Positions 41,670 to 64,000 of a stretch of 64,000 nt of DNA are shown piece after piece. The translations under genes and the position numbers were made by a program. The stretch's first letter is position 1. Every line of letters starts with the position of its first letter. The DNA comes from the human T2T-CHM13v2.0 reference genome, Homo sapiens. The notes beneath the pieces were generated by a model. The model was not told where the DNA came from. It ran no database searches and saw only the letters and a list, made by a program, of their open reading frames with translations. The stretch lies in assembly GCF_009914755.1 (NCBI RefSeq), contig NC_060931.1; one strand, written 5' to 3'.

Positions 41670-44600
41670 CAGCTTTATATTTTAAATACCATGTAATTTC
41701 ACATACTTTATAATTCACCTCCTATATGGGTAGTCAATATTTTTTAGAAAATTTATAGAGTTCTGCAACTATAACCATAATTCAGTTTTAAAACATTCAG
41801 TCAAATATCTGCCTTAAACGAATTTTTAGTTAATTCCCACTCTCACACCCCACTCTACTTTATGACTGATCTCTTTCTACCTCTGTAATTTGCATTTAAT
41901 GGATATTTGATATAAATGGAGTTATACAGAATGTGGTCTTTCGTCCTGCCCTTTTCTTTTAGCTTAATATATTTGAATTCACCTATTTTGTGCAATGTAT
42001 CAGTAGTCAGATCCTTTCCATTGCTGAATAGCAGTTCATTACATAACGATGTTACATTTTGTTTTCCACTTACTAGGTAACTGCCAGGTTATGGCTATTA
42101 TGAAATACTTAAATTGCTGCTATGAATATTTGCACGCAGGTATTTGTGTGTGTATGTACTATTATTTCTCATTGATCCTAAAGGTGAAATTGCTAGGATT
42201 TTTGTTAATCTTTGACATTTTAAGAAACCAACAAATTCTTCAGAATGGTTGCACCCATTTTTCATTACCAGCAAGGTCTAGTTTCCAATTGCTTGCCAAT
42301 ATTTAATATTTTCTGTCATTGTATTATAGTCACTCTAATTTATGTAAAATAATATTTTGCAGAGGTTTTAATTCGTGTTTCCATAATCACTAACGATGTT
42401 GAGCATCTTTTCATGTATTAATTAGTCATTTGCATATCTTCATTGATAAAATTTCTAATAGTTTTACCCATTTTTAAAATTGTGTAACATTTGTCTTATT
42501 ATCTTGTAAGAGTTCTACAATATCCTATATCAAACACAGAAATATAAAACTCCTAGACTATAATCCAGATGTATGTTTTATTCTAGAAGTTTTATCATTT
42601 TAGCACTTTCATTCCATTTTGATCTATGGCATATTGTGTGTTAATATTTCATATGGTATAAGGTTAAAATCTCAGGGGTTTTATGTCTATTTCTTTTTTT
42701 TCCTTTTTTTTTTGGACATTCAATTATCCTAACACCATTTGGAGAAAAGTAATACTGCCTATCCTTTCCCCAGGGAATTGTCTTGGCACATTTGTTAAAT
42801 TAGGTCATCATAAATATAAAGGTTTATTTCTAAATTATCAATTATATTTTATTGTTCATATACAAACTTTTGCCCCAATATCAAATGTTTGATTACTCTG
42901 ACTTCATAAGGACTTTGAAAAAAGATAGTTAACTTCATATTTGTTCCATTTTTTAAATTATTTTGGCTTTTTTATGTACTTTACATCTCCATAAGACTTT
43001 AAGATCATTTCGTTAATTTATATTTTTAAAAATTTGCTGGTACCTTCATAAGAATTGCATTAAATTTTTAGATCAATTGGGGGAGGATTACCATCTTGAA
43101 AGCATCATATCTTCCAACCCATGAATTTTTATTTAGAACTTTAATTTCTCTCAGCAATGTTTTATTTTTTAACTTTACAAGCCTTGTACTTCTTTTGTTT
43201 TTATTTCCAAGCATTTAAATTTTTATTGTATTATAAATGGTATTACTTTCTTAATATTAGTTTTGAATTGTTTTGAATATAAGTGTATAGAAATACACTT
43301 AATTTTTGTAAATCCATATTATATTCTATGATCTTACTACTTGTTTCCTTTAATTGCTTGAAATTATCTACATAAAAGGTGATGTCATTTGCAAATAAGA
43401 GTTTTACTTCTTTTCTCTCAACCTGCTCTTTTTTGTTGTTTTTGTCTTTCTTTCCCTTATTTTACATCTAAAACCTCAAGAAAAAAATGTTAGATCACAC
43501 TGATGAAGAAAAAAAGCTCTTTCCTGTTTCTTTTATTACAGGTAGAGAAATCAGCATTTTCACAATTAAGTATCATGTTAACTGCGGGTTTTTCACAAAT
43601 GTCATTTATGAAGTGGGAGGTGTTCCCTCTACTCTTAATTTGCTAGGAGGGTTGTGTTTGCTTCATTCCTGCTGTTTAGTCAAATATTGTCAAATGCATC
43701 TTTTGACCATTATTATGTTAACATATTATACTAAATAATTTTCAGATATTAAACTAACTTGGCATCCAACTTGCTCATGGTGCATAATCTCTTTTATATG
43801 TTGCTGAAAGAACATATGAATACCACTGAGGTAGTATTCATGAGGGGCTTTGGACAGTAGTTTTATGTTCTTGCAACATAGTTGTCTGGTTGTGGTATCA
43901 GGGCAATACTGACCTCATATAAAAACTAGTTGAGAAGTATTCACTCCTTTACTTGCTAGAAGTGTTTTGGTGACTTAACGTTATTTATTCTTCAATTATT
44001 AAATAGACTGCACCAATTAAAATATCTCTGCTTTTCTTTGTGGGCAGATTTTTAATGACTAATTCAATTTTTGAATGTCTTATATAATGTATTTGTGCTT
44101 TCTGTTTCTTCATGAATTGGTTTTCAAAGTGTCCTCTTCTAGAAATTTTTCCATTTTATCAAAGCTATTTTATTATTTTTGATTTTCACAATATCCTCAT
44201 ATAAATTTTTAATGTTTTAATTACTAAATGTTCTTTTAAGGTATCTTCTCTTTAATTTGGTAATTCAAATTTTGTCCACATTGTTCCAGTTCGCGTCCAG
44301 ATATAAGTTAGTAAGTTTTGTTAATCTTTTCAGAGAACAAACTTGGTTTTCATAACTTTTTCTTTTGTTTTCTCCATTCTATTTGATTTGATGTCTTTTT
44401 AAGTTTTTATTACTTTCTTCCCTTTGCTTGGTTTTTGTTTGCTTTACTTTCTTTCTAGTTTCATAAGCCGGGAGCTTAAATTATTGTTTTGAGATCTTTC
44501 TTCTTCCCTGATAGACTTTAAATATAAAAGCTATAAATATTCCACAAATGTTGGTATATTACCTGTCTTTTTATTCAATTCAAAGTGTTTTCTAATTTTC

Positions 44601-46430
44601 CTTGTGCTGTTTTATTTGCTATGAGTTATTTAGAAGCATTTTGTTTAATTTACCAATATTTGAAGACTTCACACATTCCTTTCTATTGTTTAACTCAACT
44701 TTTTATTAGAGAACATGTCTGGTATAACTTAAATCATTTGAAATTTATTGAGAATTTTTATAGCATAGCGTACGACCTGTTTTGGAGAATGTTTCATGAC
44801 TTGTGAAAAGAATGCAGATTCTAAAGTTATTGGGTGATTTATTCTTTATATTATATGTCAGTTAGGCTAACTTCAATGATAGTGCTTCTCTAGACTTCTT
44901 GCTAATTATACTTCTAGTTGTTTTGTCAGTTATAGAGAGTGAAGTATTTAAATGATTATTGTTAAATCATTTCTTTTTTTCTTTCCATTCCATCATTTTT
45001 GTTCCATGTAATTAGAGAATTTGTTAGGTGTATATGTTTGTATAATTATTGTATCTTCCTAATAAATAGAATATTTAATTTCCATGAACTACCACTCTTT
45101 TTTTTCTTGATAATACAGTGATCTTTGTATAGTACAAGTCTATATATGGTAATACTGTTTCTATTTTGACCGCCATTGAAAAACTACTCCATCTCCATCA
45201 TATGTTCCCTTTGGTTGGTATATATTTTTTTCATCTTTTTACTTTGAACCAATTTGTGTTTTTAAATCCAGTGGGTGTCTTCTTTTTTAGACAGTATGTA
45301 GTTGGATATAACTTTTCTAATCTGTCTGATAATCTCTGCCTTTTGAATATAATAGAACTTTTATATTTAAGGTGATTAGTGATTTATTTCCATTTGGCAT
45401 ATTGCTATTTGTTTTTCTTATATGTTTTCTGTATTTTTTCCATTTCTTTGTTTCTCATGTACTGCCTTCATTTATGTTACATCATTATTTTTAGCATACT
45501 TCTAAAATTTCTCTGTTGATGTTTTGTACTATATTTCTTAGTTACATTTTGGTTGTTTCTCTAGAGGTCAAAATATGCATCTTAGCATATCTTCCCTGCA
45601 TACATATTGCCTTATCCAGCAATATGCCTTCTCTAACAAAGACAGCATCCTTAAGCTAGAAGAGTCATTGGCTTTCCCTGACGTTTGCCAGAAATATTGC
45701 CTCTTCCATCAACAGTACTACTGGATGTGTGTATGATTTTTGGCTTTGTGTCCCCACCCAAATCTCATCGCAAATTGTAATCCCCATGTGTTGAGGGAGG
45801 GACCCAGTGGGAGGTGATTGGAGCTTGAGGGTAGTGTCCCTCATGCTGTTATAATAGTGAGTGAGTTCTTATGAGATCTAATGCTTTAAAAATGTGGCAC
45901 TTTCTCTCTCTCTCTTTTGCTCTCTCTTTCTCTTTCTCTCTCTCTCTCTCTCACCGCTGTGGAATGCTACTTTGCTTCCCCTTCAACTTCTGCCATGATT
46001 TTAAGTTTCCTGAGGCCTCCCCAGCCGTGGAGAACAGTGACTCAATTAAATTTCTTTACCAAGTCTCAGGTAGTTCTTTACAGCAGTGTAACAATGGACT
46101 AACACACCAATGCAAATTGAGTGAGCCCTTTGTGCCTGTGGAAAAGAAGCTTACCTATACTCACCCCTTGCCCTGTACTGGCAGAGCCTCTGTGCTGACT
46201 GAGCTGGAAAGGGAGGGGATCAAGAAGAAACAGACCCAACAAGAATGTCTATTTCTTCTGCTCTTACCTGAAGTTCAGCAATTTTTAATAATAAATGTTT
46301 GTCACATTATTTGCAGGCCTTTGGTTGATATCCAGCAAGCTAAAATGGTTATTTTTATAAATTTTGACCATCTTTATGGCTGTTTTGTGGAAATGATTTG
46401 CTGACCTCCTCACTTGGACATACCAGAAAA
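41670..46430 (-). mobile_element. Ancient L1M (L1MC/ME-like), long degenerate antisense copy interrupted by a MaLR LTR
   Basis: Collinear decayed motifs 'gatgttgagcatcttttcatg', 'gaattgcattaaatt…gatcaattgg', 'gtcatttgcaaataa', 'ggtatcagggcaatactgacctcata'. The 5'-like portion lies near 46110-46430. Confidence 0.7.
45730..46106. mobile_element. THE1/MST MaLR solo LTR
   Basis: 'tgtgtccccacccaaatctcat…gtttcctgaggcctccccagcc…ggactaacaca'. Confidence 0.9.
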
Positions 46431-49084
46431 TTCCTCACCATAACTTTTGGATCATAATTTATAAGATCTTGAATAATTTAGAGTGACTGAGTTCCAGGTT
46501 TGTACTATACCAAAGGTTAAGGGCCAGGCTTTTCCAAGGGTAGGATATACAAGACAGCTCAATAAGCCTGTCATCTTTTATGTTTAAATCAGCTTAAAGG
46601 AAAACATTAAGTCTACCTTTGGATGAATCCAATTTTGAAAATATCTCAAGGTACAGTTGACCTATACTCTAGAACTCTCTTAGTCATGGTACTATGACTG
46701 TGTTAGTATCTATGTCTAGAAATGTTAACTTACATTTTACCAGAATATTAATTTGGATGTTACACTTGCTTACACAGTGAATTGCCAATATAATATTAGA
46801 TGATTACTGGAAGAAACTATCACTTCTGTTCTCCAAATACCCACTTAGGCTTTAGTGGTTATTGGTTTATTCTTAGCAGGGCAGTAACAAGATATGTTAG
46901 GTTAAGAAATCAAGTAGAGTAGATAGTAACTTACTTATACAGTTATACAGTGTGTCTTCTTGCAGATGTTTAAAACATGTACCTAGAGATAGAGGATAAA
47001 TGTATTGACAAAGATATCATGCTCAGTTTAGTTCTGAAATTAAAGAATAATATTTTAGGTAGATTGATTTAATTCCTATATTTATCTAGTAATTATTTAC
47101 TAGAGCCTAATTCAGCAGGAATTGTGCAAGTGTCAAGGTTTGAAAAGGAACGGGAAAGAGTCCTAGTTTTCATAGGCTTTTCAGAAAATAAAGAAGCAGA
47201 TAAACCTGTTACCACAACATTTTGTGAATGATGCTGTAATAGAATCTTTCTAGTTTATGAAAAGAGAGTCTTCCTAGATTTTGTGAGTCTATGATGACCA
47301 TCTGCACTGCCCCAGGTATAGACTCACAAAATCAGATACAGTTAGATAATTTTCTCTGCTCATAGATGTCAAGGATGCAAAATTTTCTTCATACCACCAA
47401 ATCACAGGCAACATGACCACCAATGACATAATTCACAATGTGTCTATCCATATGCATTGTGCATTTAACATAGTTAATACTGTGTATGAGGTTACTTATA
47501 GCTAAGTCATTTTGTTTCCTGAATGGTGACATATATTGTTCACATTGCTTAGAGTTTCCAATTTGCAAGTAATGTAGAAAATGTTATATACCTAACTATT
47601 AGCTTTTGAGGAGATGTTTTGCTTTATTCCTTTAGCAGTACCTATAGATCACAGATATACAAATATTTTTAGCACTCAATTTTCTTCACCTTTTAATTCT
47701 GCCTATCTGTATTTAATTTCTGCAGAGAAAATAACTTTTTTCCTTCTATTTTGTTTAGTTCAGTTTCTAAATGTATTTCTGTATCTCTCTGTGTCACTTA
47801 CATGATATAGTTTAATATTCAAAGAAAAATTCAGGAATATGATATATTGCACTTCTAGCCAATACTCATTAAATTTCAAAGACATTTTACAGCAATCAAA
47901 ACCACTTTAAAATTATCAAAAATATTTATGTATTTTTGGCATATTAAACTTCGAAAAACCTCTTTTCTTTAAAAACTTCTTATATAGTTTGGATTTCAAG
48001 CCAGCATATACCTCTGGAAAATTTGCTATGCTCTCTTTGATTCCAAGCAATCATACTGAGGAAAGATGATTTGATGCAGAAGAATTAGAAATGTGTTAAT
48101 ATTTCAAGGAAAGACAGACATAGTAAGATTGGAATATTTACACCTCAAATAGAAATTAAAAGTAGCACCATAATACAAACTATGCTTCGGGTGGCAACAT
48201 AGACTATTCATACACAAATAAGTAATAAAAAAATAAGTTAACATTTAGAAGGTGAACATGACTCAAAGATCTGTGAAAATCAATTAACCAAAAATAGCCT
48301 GTTCCAAAGAAATTGAAAGAGATACAAATGAAATTATACTTTAACCTTTAACCTGTGTTTGTAATGAATTCTATCTGCTAGACAATATTACAATAATGTT
48401 GTGCCTTTTCCACAAAGACAAATTCTTCAGCATTACATTTACTAGGACACCCTCCTCACCCCACACAGAAAGTGCACTCAGATGCTAGGCTTCTATGTCT
48501 AAATATTATTCTTTCCCTCTAACTCAAAAATATCTTTATATAATTTTGTTTACATTTTGACAAATTCTAGCTCCAAGACTTTGCTTATCAGATGAGCATT
48601 TGAATTATTTTTCACTTTCAAATGTAGTGCAATAAGTGCTTATTACTAAACCACTCTTTGCCTAGCTCCATGCTGGGCTTTATAAAATCAACAGTGCTCA
48701 GTCTCTATACTTTCTTCCTCAATCCCTCTTCTATCCTGTCCTCTTCTCTACATTTTTTCCCTTTTTTCTCTTTCCCTCCTTTTGTCATCTCTCCTTCAAT
48801 CTGAGAACACAATTATTTCAAGGAGACATATATTCCCCATAAGGAAGACATGCCTATGAAGATTTATTGGTGGTAATTATGTGTGTAATACTGTAGCCAC
48901 AAAAATATTGTGGCCAAAACTCTATAGGTGAATGAATCCATCATTTAAAAAAAGAATATGAGTTTACCAACTAACAGCTGGATGAATGAAAGTAATAAAC
49001 ACAAGTTTAAAATTGTATGTGATTAACTGTTTATGGGATTTTTGTTGTTTTTACTTTGTGTGTCTTCTCAGATAATAATTATTA

Positions 49085-49340
49085 TTTTTTCTTTTTTTAA
49101 CTTTTATATTAAGTTCAAGGGTACAAGTGCAGATTTATTACATTGGTTAACTTGTGTCATGGGGGTTTTTTGTAGAGATTATTTCATGACCCAGATATTA
49201 AGCCTAGTACCCATCAGTTATTTTTCCAGATCCTCTCCCCTTCTTCTACCCTCCACCCTCTGAAAGGCCCAGTGTGTGTTGTTCCCCTCTATGTGTCCAT
49301 GTGTTCTCATAGTTTAGTTCCACTTATAAGTGAGAACATG
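49085..49340 (-). mobile_element. Short old L1PA (PA13-16-like) 3' end
   Basis: 'aagttcaagggtacaagtgcag…cttgtgtcatggggg…ttatttcatgacccag…gtgagaacatg'. Confidence 0.85.
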
Positions 49341-49341
49341 G

Positions 49342-54480
<5,139 letters not shown>

Positions 54481-54621
54481 TATTTATTTATTATGGTGAA
54501 TTGCTGAAAAGGTTTCCTTGCAATCTATAGCTACAGATAATCCAGGGATTTTTCAAGGAGGGATATTAGAAATTATAGGTTTGAATCTAGGAGCTAATTA
54601 TTCAGGATAAAAATGCTTTCC

Positions 54622-54914
54622 ACGGATCACAAGGTCAGGAGATCAAGACCATCCTGCCTAACACGGTGAAACTCCGTCTCTACTAAAGTAAACAAACAAA
54701 CAAACAAACAAAAAAATTAGCCAGGCATGGTGGCGGGCGCCTGTCTGTATTTCCAGCTACTCAGGAGGCTGAGGCAGGAGAATGGTGTGAACCTAGGAGG
54801 CGGAGCTTTCAGTGAGCTGAGATAGCGCCACCGCACTCCAGCCTGGGCTACAGAGAGAGACTCCATCTCAAAACAAAAAAACAAAAAGAAAAACAAAACA
54901 AACAAACAAAAAAA
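54622..54914 (+). mobile_element. 5'-truncated AluY-like element with (AAAC)n expansions
   Basis: 'ggatcacaaggtcaggagatcaagaccatcctg…taacacggtgaaac…gagaatggtgtgaacc…gcggagctt' AluY diagnostics. Confidence 0.9.
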
Positions 54915-56351
54915 GTGACAAGGAGCTGCTGAATTGTTGTCAAAAGGACAAAAGGAGCTGGTAGGATTCCTTGATGGGGACAGCAGTGAAAGCCTTATCT
55001 GAAGTCAGAAGATAGTCCTCACTCCTTTCTTTAAAATATTCAGAGCACACTGCCTTGAGAATTAATCATCTCTAATTGCATTCCTGTATGGGGATTGCAT
55101 AGAGAAGATGGCTAATATTTTATTGTTATCTTCAGTAAGAAGAATTACAACTGCCTAGTAGGAATCCTGGTGGGATAAGAAACTTACAAAATATCTATTG
55201 AGGGCTCAGATTATCTGTATAAACCATAAAATCTTAACTTCATTTTGCTGGACAGAACCATGTGTCCTGTGGAAAGGGGCTGACAGACATAAGAATGCAC
55301 AGCTTATTATTATAATCATAATTAGTTTTCATAATGAGTCGTGCTAATATTGAAAGAGTTTTGGAGATTTAGTCCACATTTACATGGATTCTGTTACATT
55401 ACATTGTTTTTTATTAATGGGTGCTGAAGTTATGTTTTTGAAAATACCAAGTGTATTCTCACTAGGAAGCAGAGAAATTTTTAAAGTTTCAATTAAGAAA
55501 ATTAAATACATTAGATCATGTTCATAATGCTACTTTGATGAAATGAAAGTTTAAGTAGATGCAGAAATATTATTAATAGTATTATACATGGGATGTATAA
55601 AAGATAACAGAATTAAGACCATGTTCAAGGAAAAAATGTTTTACCTTTTTTACATGAATTTAAGGCAAGTTAACACTAATAATGCCTAGACATTTGCTTT
55701 ATAAAATTCAATTATTCTTCGTTTTGACTTGAAGAAATTTAAGATTGTGAATATATTTTATTTTGAATGCATTCAGCCTGGTTTCAAGCAATATGTTTTT
55801 AACATGGTTCTAATAATTGCATTATGCTATCATTTCCATTTTTAGAGTTTCAGTTACGCAGACATAGCTACAAGCTGCCTCACCTTTCTTATCTCTTGCC
55901 CTGAGCAGTTTTAGTTAAACCTCAAAAATAAGATATGGTATCACTAAGAACCAATGCAGCTTCACACTGTGTGTATGTCAATAGAACAATCATTTTATTT
56001 GAAATGCTTATCCCTTTCTAACGCACAGAATACGTCTAAAAGATTTTTACATATGTTTGTCAGATACATTTTAGATGCAGTTCTTGTAAAATTTAATAAT
56101 GCAGAGTACTGGTAAGTAGACGCATAATTCACATTCTGGTAACTCAAGTTCTGAAATACCTTAGAGGGTAAAAAGAAACAAAAATATAACCTAAAATTTG
56201 GTTATTTGAATGTGTGTTTGTTGGTAATAATAAAAAAGTCAGGTCTACCGAGCTATATTTAAGATTAAAAATTTCTTCTTTTCAAAGCTATTCCACATAT
56301 ATCACATCAGTAGTTTAGCCATCATTATCAACAGTATCTATGCTATCATAC

Positions 56352-56689
56352 TGAGGTCCCCAATCCCTGCACCACCAACTGCTACCAGACCTTGGTCTGT
56401 TAGGAACCGGGCCACAAGCAGGAAGTGAGCAGCACCTGGGTGAGCCAGCATGACCTCCTGAGCTCCACCTCCTGTCAGGTCAGTGATGGCATCAGATTCT
56501 CTTAGAAGTGAGACATCTACTGTGAACTGTGCACATGAGGGATGTAGACTGCGTGTTCCTTATGAGAATCTACTGCCTGATGATCTGAGGTAGAAAAGTT
56601 TCATCTCGAAAATATCTCCCTGAACATCCATGGAAAAACTGTCTTCCACAAAACCACTCCCTGATGACAAAAAGGTTGGGGATCACTGC
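56352..56689. mobile_element. MER1B hAT-Charlie DNA transposon fossil
   Basis: Terminal inverted repeats 'gaggtccccaa…' and '…ggttggggatcactg'; internal 'gttaggaaccgggccac', 'ccttatgagaatcta'. Confidence 0.88.
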
Positions 56690-59126
56690 TAAACATATTA
56701 ATTAAATACTGAACAATATTAATGAAAGGAACTTGCCCATCATTGGAATCCAATCATAAATAAGCATTAGAATATATAAGATTTTTTATGTACATGTATT
56801 TTATAAATTAATATATGAGTTTATTGACTCATAGGGAACTACTCATTTGCTCACAGTTTACCTTAGTTGTTTTTATTTGTGATTGGTTAACTGTGATCTA
56901 ATAATGCCTATCATGGTCTTTAATGGTCTCTTGGTTCTGCTCAGGAACAATAATCTATACAATTTGAGTTTGTAAGTCTGTTATTTTGCTTCTGGAAAAA
57001 AAAAATGGTTTTCTATGACAAGGAATCTTACTCTCCCAGTGCTCTCTCATTGCTGCTGCTACCCCTGCTCCTGCTGCTTCTTCTGCTTCTCCTTCTTCTC
57101 TCTTTAAATTCAGTTGAGTTCTTAAGCTACCAAGAGATATCAAGCATAAAAACTGTTCAACATGAAGATAGCCACCTTACCCCAATACATATCCATGTAA
57201 GGACTCAAGGCAGTTCCCCATAGGCCAGAAGACACTCTGGATTTGTCCTGTTATTTGTTGTTGTTGTTTGTTTGTTTTTCTATTTTTTTTCAATTAGCCT
57301 AATCCAAATACTATCCTAATATCCTCTTACTCTGATCTTCTTTAGTATCCCCTGACTTACCAGCCATTGATAATGATTTTCACTGTTCTCTTTTACTTTC
57401 TCGGCCATAATTGATTATTTTTCCAAGCACTAATCAATTGAGAATCCCTCTGTTAACATACATTGTTAAAACATATAGTCATAAGTTCAGATGGAACATA
57501 AGCTATCAATATTGATCATAGCTGGGGATTAAAAGCTGCCTGCCTAGGATTTAAGGTGAAATAGGGAAGATTTTACATAAAGCTTTAGTGACTCCTCCTT
57601 TCTTATTGACCATTCCACAAAGTCAGCTTCAGCAGCCTCATACTCCAATCTGCTCCCACCTTAAATGTGATTTTTCCCTCTATATTTGGTTCTATCTTCT
57701 TTATACTGATATCAATACAATTGTTCTAGACAAAAAGCCACCTAGAACATGAGGCTCACTTGATGTATTGTCTTTTTTGACAAGATTACGGACATGCATT
57801 GTCTGGACAATGCCTAAAAATAGTTTTTTAATACATATTATGTAGTTTTGCACTTGTTCATGGTGAGTAGGTATGTCTAATATCAGGTAATACATCATAA
57901 TTCACAAAACAACTTTTTAAACAAAAGTATCTATAATATATTTGATAATAGGGCTTCATTTTCACAGTTTTATTGGGCAGCTTACTTACATAAAAAATTG
58001 GTAAGACAGATTTATGAAAGAAGTAGTATTTATTCATCATCTATCACCTTGCTGGCATGGAAATGCAGAAAAAATAATAAAATGACAGACAAAGTACACT
58101 CAACCATGTACTTTAAGTCAAGTCTCTACTCTCAGCATATGCAAATCACAAATCAAGGAAGTGTTATCCTAGGGAGTGTCCAGATGCTAAATAAGTAGAG
58201 CACTAATTAGACCCTAGAATGGGCACAAAAGCTTTGATTTACATTGCAGAGCATATACAAATTTATTCTGGGAGCATCTTACAGGAACAATGATATGTCT
58301 TTAATACAAGGAATAATGCAGAAGCTTAATGATCAAAACCAGGGAATTATATTTTTGGAGAAACTTAAAGGATAAATGAATAAAAAAATAGCTTCCTAAC
58401 TGAAATTAAAAAAAAATTAAGTCTTAGGTGTAAATGAACTAGTTTTAGAACAGTATGTTAGCAGAGAAGATGAAATGCTTAATAGCTGTGCAGAAACAGG
58501 GAAAGATACCCTCTGGGATAATGGTATGATGAACTACTTATAGGTCATTTTGAATTTACATTCCCTTAACATTAGTGTTGGGAATTTACTACATCTCTAA
58601 AATGGTAGGGGTAGATATTTACCTTGAAGGTTCATTTAGTATACTTTCATATGATGCGTAGATGTTGCTAGTCTCTTTCTTCTCCATGGGACAGTATCTC
58701 AATAATTATGTCTCCTGTGATAATCAAGCTCAGATACATGTGCCCATGTGGTCATGAATACTTTATGTAAACTTTTTGTAAATTTTAGTTTCCAAATGTG
58801 TTCAATAAAGATAATTATAGCACCTTCATATAGGATTTTAGTTAAATGCAAATAAAAGGGAATATACTTAGAGTGTCTGATTCAGAGTGAAACGAGACTA
58901 ATTTCCCCATAGAACTGATGAACAGATGTTGACGCTCGCTTTAAAAAAAAAAAAAAAATACATAGAAATTGACCCTCCCAGTCTTAAAGCTTGAAACTTA
59001 ACATTTGTTTTATCTTAGTCCCTTTCACAGGAGATCAACTTTCAGCCCTCCCATCAGGGAAGTGAAACTTACCAGATCACCACATCCAATTAGACACCAG
59101 AACCCCATTCTTCACGATGGCCCAAC

Positions 59127-62635
<3,509 letters not shown>

Positions 62636-63033
62636 CCAACCTACCACCTATCCTCCATTGACCAACTGCTTTTCCTCATCCAGGATTAATTCCTGTTTTC
62701 CTGAATGCAACTAACTTTCTTCCCAGCTATATAAACTCTTGACTTTAGTCAGGGAGGAGAGTCAGATTTGAGGTTTGTTTCTTCTCTCTCAGGCTGACAT
62801 CACTCATAATTGAATCAAGCCATCTCTGACAATATTTGTTGTTTCAGTGACTGGCTTACCATGCAGCAAGCAAAATGACCTACATCAAACTCCTGGCATT
62901 TTGGTAACAATAGTAAGTCCTCAATAAGTATTAACTATGACTAACAGTTTAAATATATGCCAAAAGTAGAAAGAAGCTCTCTTCTCGTATTGTTCACTTG
63001 TAAATTAATCATTTTCTATCCTGGAATACTTTA

Positions 63034-63362
<329 letters not shown>

Positions 63363-64000
63363 GTCTTAGATAACATGTGGATATAAATCTGGAGATTAAA
63401 TATGTGGTGAAACTAAGTTATTATGTTAACATAGTGATAAGTTGCAGGAGATAAAATCAATGTATCCTAATTCTATTTACTCATGTTACTTTTCTAAATC
63501 ATACAATGAAGTTACTACATTATTATAATGGAAAGAGCATAGTATTAAAGTATTAGAAATCTGACATAAACAAATTTATCCGTTGTTAGCCTTTATTCCA
63601 AAAAAGTTGTGCTAAATTTTGCTTACTGATTTTTGCTTAGAATGATATCGCATCAAAAGGGAGCATTTAAAAAATGAGATAAAATATTAATCTATGTATA
63701 CTAAAAAACTGGAAGAAAAAAGTAATCATATTTTATGATATCAATAGCTTAATCAGAGAAAATATCTACTAGAAAAACACATTTTTAACAATTTTAAATA
63801 TTCTTGGAAATCAGGAACTTTTCTAAACTTTCTAAGAAATTGTTATTATATTTACACAGGAGTTACCTATCAGTAAAAATAATCTTTAGACATATAGCAG
63901 TGCACTATACATCTGTACTTGCAATGGTATAATAAACTTTTAAAATAATTTATATTATAAATAATATTCATATTAATTATTTAAATATACATTTACATTT

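Noticed and set aside
45871-46404. 177-aa ORF
   Set aside because: Runs through a THE1/MST LTR, a (CT)n tract and an old L1 fragment; chance open frame.
57005-57223. 72-aa ORF with a poly-Leu stretch resembling a signal peptide or TM helix
   Set aside because: The Leu run comes from a degenerate (CTG/CTT)n low-complexity tract; no splice, promoter or homology support.

Overview
Primate (human/great-ape-type) AT-rich, L1-dense, Alu-poor intergenic or deep-intronic DNA. No host protein-coding gene, RNA gene or CRISPR array is supported. The long ORFs I can assign are decayed LINE-1 ORF1/ORF2 pieces or their antisense shadows. The window is a stack of retroelements: one full-length young L1 (L1PA2/PA3-type, +, 2078-8111), several truncated, inverted or nested L1s, an ERV-L remnant, MaLR (THE1/MST/MLT1) and other solo LTRs, three Alus, DNA-transposon fossils and microsatellites. 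The best non-routine signals are structural. (1) The full-length L1 carries a ~477-bp 3' transduction with its own AATAAA and second poly(A), all inside one 16-bp TSD. (2) A recent 178-bp inverted copy of unique DNA from 11.5 kb away sits in an old L1 tail, with a 23-bp duplication and 6-bp microhomology. (3) An old 5'-inverted L1 has its sense and antisense halves interleaved in four blocks. (4) A twin-primed L1 is nested in another L1. (5) Three L1s of different subfamilies share non-consensus substitutions in a mosaic pattern. I see no evidence of a new gene system. Subfamily names are from recalled consensus motifs, not from a database search.
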